64,000 bases of DNA from a virus: IMG/VR virus record IMGVR_UViG_3300035102_000507; one strand, given 5' to 3'. Below are positions 18,438 through 26,572 of the stretch, piece after piece (the first letter of the stretch is position 1; each line of letters begins with the position of its first letter). The position numbers and the translations under genes are program-made. The notes under the pieces were generated by a model. That model did no database searches. It saw only the letters and a program-made list of their open reading frames with translations, and was not told the DNA's origin.

Positions 18438-18711
18438 GGGCAGCCTCCCTTGAACGGGCGACGGGCTTCTCTGATGTGGTGCAGAGGGCGATCGGTCCGA
18501 ACTGCTCCTCGATGGCCTCGAAGGTCTCCGCAAGCCTGTTCCAGTGCTTGTCCACCATTTCGCCCAGCAGAACGCGAACGCTTTCGACGTCTGCCTCGCT
18601 GCCCCGCAGGGTGTCCCCGAGGCATTGCAGCGGCTGGATCAGGCCGTACAGATACATGTCCAATGATTGAAAACGGTGGTGCGGGCTGTCGTAGATGTCT
18701 TTTTCGCCCAT
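18430..18711 (-). CDS. Hypothetical protein, first gene of the antirepressor operon
   Basis: 93 aa, AAGGAG RBS overlapped by the antisense target site. Confidence 0.65.
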   Translation of the reverse strand: MGEKDIYDSPHHRFQSLDMYLYGLIQPLQCLGDTLRGSEADVESVRVLLGEMVDKHWNRLAETFEAIEEQFGPIALCTTSEKPVARSREAAHE

Positions 18712-18757
18712 GGTGGCAACTCCTTGTGTTTTCTAATGCCCCCCACGAAATATGGAA

Positions 18758-18831
18758 GCCGGGAGTTAGAACCCCACAAGGCAGGGCTGGGTATTTTAGG
18801 CCGAAGCCTTGGACATTTCCCCACTCCCGGC
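18758..18831 (-). ncRNA. C4-like antisense RNA (prophage A)
   Basis: GCCGGGAGU/ACUCCCGGC closing stem, AGGC-UUCG-GCCU hairpin, loop GCCUUGU and GUUCUA complementary to the upstream (18930-18946) and downstream (18722-18735) sites. Confidence 0.7.
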
Positions 18832-18959
18832 AAATATTTTGGATACATTGCGCCCAGTAGATCTGAAAGACAAACAAGGCAATGAGCTATGGGCACAAAA
18901 AACCGCACTCTGACGGGGTGGCGGCGTCCGCCTTGTGGAGTTTCTACGCTCCGTAGCAA

Positions 18960-18990
18960 ACAACTCGCCACAAACCGTCATGGATGTCAA
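18960..18990 (-). promoter_or_regulatory. Putative promoter of the c4-antirepressor operon
   Basis: TTGACA at 18990-18985; TTGACATCC...GGTTTGTGGCG is conserved with the locus at 52344. Confidence 0.5.
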
Positions 18991-19000
18991 GAAGGAAGGT

Positions 19001-19369
19001 TCAGTCGTCCTGCACAGGACGGTTTTGCCCCTCAAGTTTCTGATGACAGTGTTTGCAAAGAATAGCGTCCTGTCGAATCGCTTCACGACAGAAAGGGCAT
19101 CTGTATGTGGGTGGACCTGTCGTGCTCGGTTTATTGGACACCATTGCGCCTATGAGGCCCCAACCGTTCGAGCCGCCCCCCAAATTTTTCCCGCAACGGT
19201 CGCATCGCCATGGCTTCTTCTCCATAGAGGTGGACCCCCAAACCAGTATCCAAAGCCCGCATGTGAGCACCGAGAGCAAAAGGTGAAGCAGATGATTTGG
19301 TGTGTGCCGGGTGATTTTTACGTGGTCTTCACATTGCGGGCAGTATGCCGTTGAAGATTCAATGCCCAT
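19001..19369 (-). CDS. LITAF-like membrane-anchored zinc-binding protein plus zinc ribbon
   Basis: CPQC - NHLLHLLLSVLTCGLW - CDRC, then CPFC...CKHC. Confidence 0.65.
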   Translation of the reverse strand: MGIESSTAYCPQCEDHVKITRHTPNHLLHLLLSVLTCGLWILVWGSTSMEKKPWRCDRCGKNLGGGSNGWGLIGAMVSNKPSTTGPPTYRCPFCREAIRQDAILCKHCHQKLEGQNRPVQDD

Positions 19370-19467
19370 GGTTACCTCCCATGTCGTTTGTGTGAAAACG
19401 CATGAAAGATAGAATAACGCGTATTGCTTGGCAATCCGAATTCGGGAGGGTGCCCAGTCAGGCAGGG

Positions 19468-19998
19468 TTATTGCTGTTCCGATTCAGCCTGTTCCGTCGG
19501 TGTCGGTTCGGCGGTATGGTTGGGGGGAGTGTCGTTTTTGCCGTTACGCCGGGTGATGAAAATACCGACAACGGAAGCCAGCGTTGCGCCGCAGAGAACG
19601 ATGCCCCATCCGGGATGTCCTGCGTGGATGGAATAAGCCCCGGCCGCTATAGCCATGGTGCAGAAGAAAAGCGCGAACCATTGGCCGCGAGCTTCGGCTT
19701 TGCGTTCGTCCCGGACGTCGCTCGTCTGGGCCGAGACAACCGTGGATTCGATTTCGTGGCGGTGGCTTTGTTCCTTTTCGGCCATGGCGATGATGCGTTC
19801 GGCCGTGCCGGGAGCTATTTGCTCATAACGGTTCAGGGTCTCCGGGTCGGGGATCGGCCCTTCGTAGTGAGTTACCTGCTGAGCCATCAACAAGGAGTGC
19901 TGTCCCTCGCCGCCCGAGGATTGAGAAGACCCCGTCCCGCCTTTCTGGACGGTGGACGGGGCCTTTTTGCTCTTTTGCTCTTTGTTACGATTAGACAT
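19468..19998 (-). CDS. DUF2335-like membrane protein
   Basis: GP.P.PE.L..YE.I.PG.AERII.MAEKEQ.HR motif plus two C-terminal TM helices. Confidence 0.8.
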   Translation of the reverse strand: MSNRNKEQKSKKAPSTVQKGGTGSSQSSGGEGQHSLLMAQQVTHYEGPIPDPETLNRYEQIAPGTAERIIAMAEKEQSHRHEIESTVVSAQTSDVRDERKAEARGQWFALFFCTMAIAAGAYSIHAGHPGWGIVLCGATLASVVGIFITRRNGKNDTPPNHTAEPTPTEQAESEQQ

Positions 19999-20224
19999 GA
20001 TGTTGCTGTCGTATTGCTTTCCGGATGTCGTTGCCGACCTTCTCGTAGTCAGTTCGAAGCCTCTCGCCATCGGACAGGCTGAGCCGTTCGGCCGCCATCT
20101 TGTCAAGCTTGACTCGACTCGGTCCCTTTTTCCTGTGTGCAAGGACAACCATCCCGCCAAGTGCGGTAACGAAAAATCCTAACAGGTTACGGGTAGGCAT
20201 GGAATCACGCTCCAGATTATGCAT
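19991..20224 (-). CDS. Small protein paired with DUF2335
   Basis: 8-bp overlap with the next gene; D.E.L..D...VG.D.R.AI motif; start could be 20200. Confidence 0.6.
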   Translation of the reverse strand: MHNLERDSMPTRNLLGFFVTALGGMVVLAHRKKGPSRVKLDKMAAERLSLSDGERLRTDYEKVGNDIRKAIRQQHHV

Positions 20225-20311
20225 GAAAGTTGTGTGTGACGTCCAATGACTATCAAGTAAAGCACAAATTCGAAGGGAGTCAAGTCCGGTTTTCTGTGGA
20301 CACTTTGCACG

Positions 20312-21736
20312 CTATTCGTGCGTCAGCGTCATTTCCCACTTCTCCACGATCAATTCCGGCCAATAGAATTCGATGACCTCGAAGACGCGGACCGCCAGGG
20401 AATCCACTTCTTCTGCCAGCTCCGGGTTTTCGCGGATCCACCGCGCGTCAGTCAGTTCCACCCACTGCATCGACCTGTCGGGCAATGAGCAGAGCTTGAC
20501 TGGGCAACGCGGATAGAGTTCGCGAAAGCGGATGAGATCGTCAGCCAAAGCGTCGCCCATGAGGCGCCGGACGTCCTCGACCGCCTGACGAAACTTTTTC
20601 TCTTTCGGGGATTCTTCTGGATGAGAGGGTGAGGGGGGAGCGCCGGTCTTGCGCACTCCCGCCTTGCGCTCAATGATGGCGCGAAGTCCCGGCGAAAGGG
20701 CTGCGGAGACCCATGCGGCGATGTCTCCGCCATGGTCCGCGAAATACTCACCCGGATCTTTCCCTTGTGGCACCGGCCACCGTTTGACCCGGCCGCCGTA
20801 CGTGGCTTCCCACCACTCATATGCTTCTCGGGCCACGCGCTCTTCGGCGTCCAGAGCCACAAGGATTCGGCGAGCCTGCAACAGCGCTTCGTGCATCTCG
20901 CTGTCGGGCTTGATCTTGACGGCCGTCATGGCGCAGACCCCTATGTCGGAACCGCATCGTTCTGCCACGAGGTAGGCGTCGAGCTCGCTCTCCACCACAA
21001 CGAAGACAGGGGAGTCCGGATTGATCAGAACCGGACGGTTCTTGCTGCCGTCCACCATGCAGTATTTGGGGCCGCTTTCGTCATCTGCGCGACGGATGCG
21101 CAACCGGACAAGTTCGTCGCCGGCAAAGCGGCACAGGACAAGCCCTTTGCGGATCATCAGCTTCCGCTCGCGTCCGTCCTCCCAATACTTGGCCGGGAGT
21201 CCCCACGCCGCCCTGGGGCGATACGCGCGCTTCGGGTTCCAGCCGATGGCGAACCGTTTGACCGCATTGGCATCCAGACCTCGCTGAGATGCCAGCCATT
21301 CCAGCACGTCGGGATGATCCCATATCTTGCGGCGGCAGAACTCGAAGAACTTGTACGCCTGACGCTGCCACCTTCGACGGGGAGATTCCCCCGGCGAAGG
21401 CGTCCAGACCTGTCGCTTTGGACGGGGCTTTCGGTCCGCCAGCTCCATGGGCTGATCCGCAGCGTAGCGGTCGCGAAAGGCGCGGAAGCCATCACCGGAA
21501 TCCTCGTCCATGCCGTTCACCACGTTGAATACGCCGATCAAATCCGAGCTGTGCTGACACCCATGGCAAACTGCGTCGTCACGGTCCGGGTAGTAGCGGA
21601 ATGCGCCGAGTGTTTCCTCGCCGTGGAAAGGGCATCGGGCAAGGATGTAACTCCCGCAATCCTTGGAGTCCCGAAGGAGCCCCATGGACACCGACCGGCA
21701 ACCGTCCGGGCCGAGCCAATCAAGGGCTTTACCCAT
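20312..21736 (-). CDS. CHC2 zinc finger / Toprim DNA primase
   Basis: CPFH.E...C.GC zinc finger, VVESELDA and ALDAE Toprim motifs. Confidence 0.85.
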   Translation of the reverse strand: MGKALDWLGPDGCRSVSMGLLRDSKDCGSYILARCPFHGEETLGAFRYYPDRDDAVCHGCQHSSDLIGVFNVVNGMDEDSGDGFRAFRDRYAADQPMELADRKPRPKRQVWTPSPGESPRRRWQRQAYKFFEFCRRKIWDHPDVLEWLASQRGLDANAVKRFAIGWNPKRAYRPRAAWGLPAKYWEDGRERKLMIRKGLVLCRFAGDELVRLRIRRADDESGPKYCMVDGSKNRPVLINPDSPVFVVVESELDAYLVAERCGSDIGVCAMTAVKIKPDSEMHEALLQARRILVALDAEERVAREAYEWWEATYGGRVKRWPVPQGKDPGEYFADHGGDIAAWVSAALSPGLRAIIERKAGVRKTGAPPSPSHPEESPKEKKFRQAVEDVRRLMGDALADDLIRFRELYPRCPVKLCSLPDRSMQWVELTDARWIRENPELAEEVDSLAVRVFEVIEFYWPELIVEKWEMTLTHE

Positions 21737-21786
21737 TGCCGCCCCCCCTTACCTCACAGGATTTCCGCGCAGAGGTCTGGTTCCTC

Positions 21787-22040
21787 GACCTTTGAGACCT
21801 TGGGGTGACGATTCTCACCGCTGGAGTCACTCGAAAAAGTGACGTATTGTTGGTGCGTTGCGGCTTTGAAGTGACCTTGCAGACCCTTTTGCCGTGATTT
21901 TTCCCTCTTTTGGCTCTCTTATTGTTAATAAATGATTTTCCTTTTCTTCTGAAAAGGTCTCTAAGATCATTAGAGTCAAAAGAAGAAGATAAAATCAAAG
22001 TCGTTACAGCTGCTTGGAGGTTGCTGCCGACAATGACCTT
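21787..22040. other. Candidate replication origin (AT-rich core with GACCTT repeats)
   Basis: Visibly AT-rich 21890-22010; GACCTT at 21787, 21796, 21873 and 22035, and inverted at 21954. Confidence 0.4.
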
Positions 22041-22059
22041 TCTGTGACCATCGGTGATC

Positions 22060-23661
22060 CTATTCATCATGGACGGCCTTCCAGTAGTCTTCGGTCACAG
22101 TGAAGCCGAGGTAGTGCACCACGCTCGACTTCTTCGAGTCCGTCTTGCTGATCCCGGGCGTTCGCTGGACGAAAGCGGTCATCTCCCGGCCCCACTTGTT
22201 GGAGCTCCACAGGTACCGTTTCTGCTGTACTCCGGATTCAAGCGCCCAGACCTTGAACGCTGTGTACAGATCCGAGGACTGGATTCTGCTCTGTTCGTTT
22301 TCAATGCAGACCTCGCGGAAAAACTTGAGGCAAATGTCCACTTCATCCCGGTAGCCCGTGGTGGCTTCCTTGACGGCCTGACTCCACTCAAGATGCCCGT
22401 CGGCTTGCCACTTCTGACAGCCGTCAACGATCCATCGCAGGATACCGGGGAGCTCCTGCGTCAGCTCCAGCTTCAACTTCGGGTTGTATGGACGCTCGAA
22501 ACTCTGCCGCGGGTTTTCCACGAAGGAGAGATTGAAAGGGACCACCCGGCAGCGTGACCAGAACGCGGTCTCCTTGGCCGAAATGCCCGGGCGATGGTTC
22601 GTCAGCAGGAACAGGGAGTGTGTGGGTGGAAACTTGATCGGTTCCTTGGCGTGCGGGGCGCGACACCAGACCGTATCCCCGCCGGCAAGAAACTTGACTG
22701 CGGCCGCGCTGAATCGGCGGTTTTCCTCGGTCTCCGATCCCCATATGACGCGCTTGCCGTAGAGATCGTACAATGATGCTGACGGCGCGTCCGGGTTCTT
22801 GGGCACGCCACGATCGAGCAGCATTTCGGACTGGATCGGCGAGGCGTAGTCACCCAACACCTGAAACAGCGTTTCCAGCATGGTGCCCTTACCGTTCTGG
22901 CCATGTTCGCCGTAAAACAGATGGAACCGGTTGATGTTCGCCAAGCCAGTAATGGAGTAGCCGAACACCTTCTGGATATATTCGATGGTCTCCACATCAC
23001 CGTCGAATATTTCGAGAAGGAACTGTTCCCAGGTATCGCACTTTGCGTCCGGGTCATACTCGGCTGGGCTGGCAGTGCGGATGTAGTCCTGCGGTCGCCC
23101 CGGCTCCAGCTCGAAGGTTTCGAGGTTGATGACGCCGTTGGCGCAGGCGAAGCGCAGCGGGACTTGATCCCATTCCCCGTGGAACAGGAAGTCGTCCATC
23201 GTCTTGGCAAGCGAAATGATAGATCGCTTGCGCGTGATCTTCTTGAGAGAGTCGGCGCGGCTCTTGAAGCGCTTCTCCCATTTTTCGAGGCGGTCACATT
23301 CATCTCCGTCGCTCGTTTCTTGCCGCCGCTTCTGGTATCGCCACATGGCGCGGGTCCATTCCTTGACCAGATCGCGAGTGCACGAAAGGACCTGTTCGCC
23401 GTATAGCCGGCGCCATGAATGGTCCTCAAAGCGGTACCACGCGTCCTCGCGGTAGTCGTAAACAAGACGGCCCTCGAAGATCCTCCGGAACAGGTCGGCG
23501 TCGCCGTCCTGATCCTCCCAGAAACATTGCTCATAGAACCGATCGGTGATTGGCTCTTTGCCACTGGGATTCGCACTACCAAACTCCCGCTGCTCGTTTT
23601 GAGCGCGTTCTGTGACAGCTTTCTTAATTTCTTCTGGGTGTTGCGGCTGAGAATTAGGCAT
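22060..23661 (-). CDS. P4/D5-family primase-helicase (SF3)
   Basis: G.HGQNGKGT Walker A, N.RP and VVPF motifs, D5_N-like region. Confidence 0.9.
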   Translation of the reverse strand: MPNSQPQHPEEIKKAVTERAQNEQREFGSANPSGKEPITDRFYEQCFWEDQDGDADLFRRIFEGRLVYDYREDAWYRFEDHSWRRLYGEQVLSCTRDLVKEWTRAMWRYQKRRQETSDGDECDRLEKWEKRFKSRADSLKKITRKRSIISLAKTMDDFLFHGEWDQVPLRFACANGVINLETFELEPGRPQDYIRTASPAEYDPDAKCDTWEQFLLEIFDGDVETIEYIQKVFGYSITGLANINRFHLFYGEHGQNGKGTMLETLFQVLGDYASPIQSEMLLDRGVPKNPDAPSASLYDLYGKRVIWGSETEENRRFSAAAVKFLAGGDTVWCRAPHAKEPIKFPPTHSLFLLTNHRPGISAKETAFWSRCRVVPFNLSFVENPRQSFERPYNPKLKLELTQELPGILRWIVDGCQKWQADGHLEWSQAVKEATTGYRDEVDICLKFFREVCIENEQSRIQSSDLYTAFKVWALESGVQQKRYLWSSNKWGREMTAFVQRTPGISKTDSKKSSVVHYLGFTVTEDYWKAVHDE

Positions 23662-23993
23662 GGGAAAAGGCTCCTGAGGTAGCACAGGTGGGAAGGGCGG
23701 TTACACGAAAGGCACCACGGAAAACGCGATTCCATTTTCCATTCCATTTCGGAGATAACCCCGCGCGAGAAGCCCGAGATGAGAGCGACCCCTGCGGGCT
23801 CTTCGTGGCGAAGGACCCGTAATGCCTAGAGGCGGCACTCTCGGCAGAGTGACCTTTTGCGAAGTCTTTTAAAGAAAGGGGGGAGGGGAAAGGGCATGCG
23901 ACCAGCCTCCTGTTCGAAGTGGATGCGGTCGCTACCGCGCCCGCGTTTTTTTCGCACGCTGTGCAGTATGAAAAAGGGCGGTGTTCGCTCAGT

Positions 23994-24011
23994 GGGTAGC
24001 TATAGGGTAGC
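23994..24011. repeat. GGGTAGC direct repeat (candidate arm sites of the prophage A integrase)
   Basis: GGGTAGC-TATA-GGGTAGC about 50 bp from the tRNA core. Confidence 0.45.
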
Positions 24012-24053
24012 AAAAAATAAAACGGCCGCATGCAGTAATGCATGCAACCGTTT
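24012..24053 (-). terminator. Terminator downstream of the tRNA 3' end
   Basis: AAACGG..GCATGCA-GTAA-TGCATGC..CCGTTT hairpin with a T-tract on the minus strand. Confidence 0.55.
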
Positions 24054-24061
24054 GATTTTCT

Positions 24062-24111
24062 TGGTGGAGACGAAGAGATTTGAACTCTCGACCCCTGCCT
24101 TGCGAAGGCAA
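24062..24111 (-). pseudogene. 3' half of tRNA-Ala(CGC): att core at the prophage junction
   Basis: Reverse complement TTGCC-TTCGCAA-GGCAG GGGTC GAGAG-TTCAAAT-CTCTT CGTCTCC ACCA; no D-arm or 5' acceptor strand upstream. Confidence 0.85.
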
Positions 24112-24135
24112 GGGCTTACATCTCAAACGCTGTAA

Positions 24136-25254
24136 TCATTGAATCTTTTTTTCGTCAGTAATACAAAAATCCCCCGAAAAGGCTGATTTTGTATTACCAC
24201 TTTGTATTACCAAGTCCGGGACCGCGTTTGCCGCTGCCTTTCGCTGCTTGTCGAGCACGTGCTGGTAGTGTTTGTGGATCATGGTCGTCGTGCTGTGACC
24301 CATATTCTCAGAGAGTGCCTTGAGGTCTGCGCCGTTTGCCAGCGCCTCGGTCGCATGAGCGTGGCGGAGGTCGTAGGGGCGAATCCGGCGGGTGATGCCA
24401 GCCCGCTCAAGTGTCGCCTTCCATGCCTTCTTGATTTTCTGGACAGGCCGCCCCTTCCAATGGACCAGATACTCGGCCCCGATCTCTTGGTCTTCTGCCC
24501 ACCACTGCTCAAGGGCTGTGACGAGGCTGCCCTTCAGGGGGATATCTCTCCACGGCATTTCTGCGTTTTTGTCTGCCGACCAGATTCGCGCCACTTCTCT
24601 GCCGAAGTCTACATCGGTCCACTTGAGACGGAACATCTCCGATGGCCCTACTCTGACGCCGAGGGATAGGCCGAGGATGATAACGCGCTGAATGTGCGGA
24701 GCGGCCACGGCGAGCATGGATTGCAATTCATCCGTAGTCGGCGGCGGTATTCTCTCATCCGTTCCGCGTGGGCAGGTGAAGCGCTGGATGGGATTTGCTC
24801 CGATGAGCTCGGCGTCTTCTGCCCAGTTCATGGCGGCTTTGACAATGCCTACCTTTCGAACGATCCCGTTCATTTTTAGGCCTCGGTCACGCAGAGCTCT
24901 CACAAGTTGCCTCATGTGCGACTTGCTCAACTCAGAAGCCGGGACCATGCCAATCTCCGGCAACACTGCCTTGAGGTGATAGATGGTGTTCTTGAGGGGC
25001 TTGGGCTTAAGCTGGCGATCTTTCAGGTATGCCCACACGATAGCCTCGACGGTCAGGTCATCCCCGGACGCCTGAACTTCTTCTTCTGGCGCGAGCATTT
25101 CCGGCTCGAACTCCAGCCAGTGCCTGACTTGGCTGTCGTGCTTGCGGGCATCGCGCAGCGAATCAAAGTGCTGGGTCTGGATTTTCTTGGTGTAGGGGTT
25201 GCGCCAGTATACCCGGTAGGGCTTTGAGCGCCGGTTGAGCTTCTTGATCGCCAT
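24136..25254 (-). CDS. int: Tyrosine integrase
   Basis: GVR..E, RPYDLRH and GHS...M...Y catalytic motifs; N-terminal arm-binding domain. Confidence 0.95.
   Translation of the reverse strand: MAIKKLNRRSKPYRVYWRNPYTKKIQTQHFDSLRDARKHDSQVRHWLEFEPEMLAPEEEVQASGDDLTVEAIVWAYLKDRQLKPKPLKNTIYHLKAVLPEIGMVPASELSKSHMRQLVRALRDRGLKMNGIVRKVGIVKAAMNWAEDAELIGANPIQRFTCPRGTDERIPPPTTDELQSMLAVAAPHIQRVIILGLSLGVRVGPSEMFRLKWTDVDFGREVARIWSADKNAEMPWRDIPLKGSLVTALEQWWAEDQEIGAEYLVHWKGRPVQKIKKAWKATLERAGITRRIRPYDLRHAHATEALANGADLKALSENMGHSTTTMIHKHYQHVLDKQRKAAANAVPDLVIQSGNTKSAFSGDFCITDEKKIQ
24157..24212. repeat. Integrase arm-type repeats TTTGTATTAC inside the int 3' end
   Basis: TTTGTATTACCA at 24188 and 24201 (direct); inverted copy at about 24157-24168. 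Confidence 0.65.
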
Positions 25255-25263
25255 GGTTGCGAT

Positions 25264-25539
25264 TTACTGCTGTGTCGGCTTGCTTGTCAACTCGGCTACG
25301 AGGTCGTCCGCCGATTTCCCGGCGAAGAGAGAGCCTTTCGGCGCGGTAGGTTTGCGCTTGCGCTTTGGTTTGCGGGTGCCCTCGATGGCATTCAGAACTT
25401 CGCTCTTGTACCACCGCAGCCCGAGGCCTCGGCCTCTACCGAGGTTTACGGGCTGCACCTTGAGGCGGTCCAGCACGTTGCGGGCCGCTCCGGGTGTGGT
25501 TCTGAGGAGGTCAGCGACCTCGTGGGTGGTCAAGAGCAT
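25264..25539 (-). CDS. Excisionase-like HTH protein
   Basis: LLTTHEVADLL..T...RW motif, directly upstream of int. Confidence 0.75.
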   Translation of the reverse strand: MLLTTHEVADLLRTTPGAARNVLDRLKVQPVNLGRGRGLGLRWYKSEVLNAIEGTRKPKRKRKPTAPKGSLFAGKSADDLVAELTSKPTQQ

Positions 25540-25659
25540 ATTGATTGGTGTTCCGTGGTTAGCCTCTGGTTTTGATCATCCCAGGAAGATGTGCCCCGAT
25601 TTCCCCTAAAGTCATGAATGGACTATAATGAGTTTTTAACCTTTTGCCGTGAGGTGAAG

Positions 25660-25821
25660 ATGGAAAGCCTTTGGGATTCATATTTTGAGGAACTGATTGT
25701 GTGTCTGACAATTTATGTCCTTAGAAAGGGTTGGAAGCTGCTATCCAGTTTTAGAGTAAGCGGCACAAGCAGCGAAAAATGTGTCAAAATTTCAAAATAC
25801 CGGATTATGTTCCTCAAGTAA
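25660..25821 (+). CDS. Small AT-rich hypothetical protein
   Basis: TATAAT at 25624, GAGGTG RBS, 53 aa with a hydrophobic segment. Confidence 0.35.
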   Translation: MESLWDSYFEELIVCLTIYVLRKGWKLLSSFRVSGTSSEKCVKISKYRIMFLK

Positions 25822-25915
25822 GTGATGCTTTTGCCCCTTTAGACCTCGCTTTTATGCAAGAGCCGGGTTCCCCAGCCCGGAGAACGAACCGGGGAACCCG
25901 AAGGGGAGGGGAAAT

Positions 25916-26113
25916 TTATTCGACCGAGTCTTCATCAGTTGATTTCTTCGGGCATGGCCTGAAACTCCCTGCCTCCAGCGGACAACCCTTTTCCTCATGT
26001 TCGTCGTAGCACTCCACACAACAACACGGCTCACCGTCTTCATCGTGCCGAGTCCAGTACAGGGCCGTCATGGTATCGACCGGCGTTCCGCAATTTGCAC
26101 AAGGGAATCTCAT
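25916..26113 (-). CDS. Small Cys-rich zinc-finger protein
   Basis: MRFPCANCG...CCCVEC. Confidence 0.5.
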   Translation of the reverse strand: MRFPCANCGTPVDTMTALYWTRHDEDGEPCCCVECYDEHEEKGCPLEAGSFRPCPKKSTDEDSVE

Positions 26114-26121
26114 GTAAGTGT

Positions 26122-26220
26122 TTAGTGGCCGCACAGAGAGCAGAGCCATTGCCCCTGAAACATCCGTATCTCATCGTCCCAATACGGGGCCTCATATCCG
26201 CAGATTTCGCAACAAACCAT
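26122..26220 (-). CDS. 32-aa zinc-finger miniprotein
   Basis: MVCCEICGYEAPYWDDEIRMFQGQWLCSLCGH; AGGAGG RBS; below the ORF-track cutoff. Confidence 0.55.
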   Translation of the reverse strand: MVCCEICGYEAPYWDDEIRMFQGQWLCSLCGH

Positions 26221-26241
26221 AGTGCCTCCTGTTCTCATGAA

Positions 26242-26550
26242 CTAAGACATTTTCAGCAGAGACTTGAAATCCTCTGCCGTTGCAGGCCGGAACTTGCCCA
26301 CGAATGTGGGGGCGTCATCATGTTCGGGCCACCCGTGACCTTCCCACACGTACATCCCCGGCTCCTTGGGCGGAATCTCGCCCATCAGGTCATCTACGAA
26401 ATCGCATGACCCGACAGAGATTTCTTCCTTCCAAAAATTGTACTCCCCGTCCTCGGTGTCACCGCCGCTATGAGAAACGACGATTGCAGTTCTATCTGCA
26501 CCGACAGCCACAAGCGCGGACAGGTTGTCGAAAATGATTCGTGATTCCAT
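26242..26550 (-). CDS. Hypothetical protein
   Basis: 102 aa in the early-left operon; PG.Y.WEG motif. Confidence 0.65.
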   Translation of the reverse strand: MESRIIFDNLSALVAVGADRTAIVVSHSGGDTEDGEYNFWKEEISVGSCDFVDDLMGEIPPKEPGMYVWEGHGWPEHDDAPTFVGKFRPATAEDFKSLLKMS

Positions 26551-26572
26551 TCTTCGCTACCTATTTTGAATA

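Larger units (their letters stand above)
1..24061 (-). mobile_element. Prophage A (lambda-type GpA/GpE head, P4-type primase); left end outside the window
   Basis: Contiguous minus-strand replication, packaging, head, lysis and tail genes ending at the tRNA-fragment junction. Confidence 0.9.

Noticed and set aside
23654-24043. 129-aa ORF as a repressor or integrase remnant of prophage A
   Set aside because: No HTH or recombinase motif and no RBS; it spans the terminator and att-arm region.
24062-24135. Intact tRNA-Ala gene
   Set aside because: The sequence 5' of the anticodon stem cannot form a D-arm or acceptor strand; only the 3' half is present.
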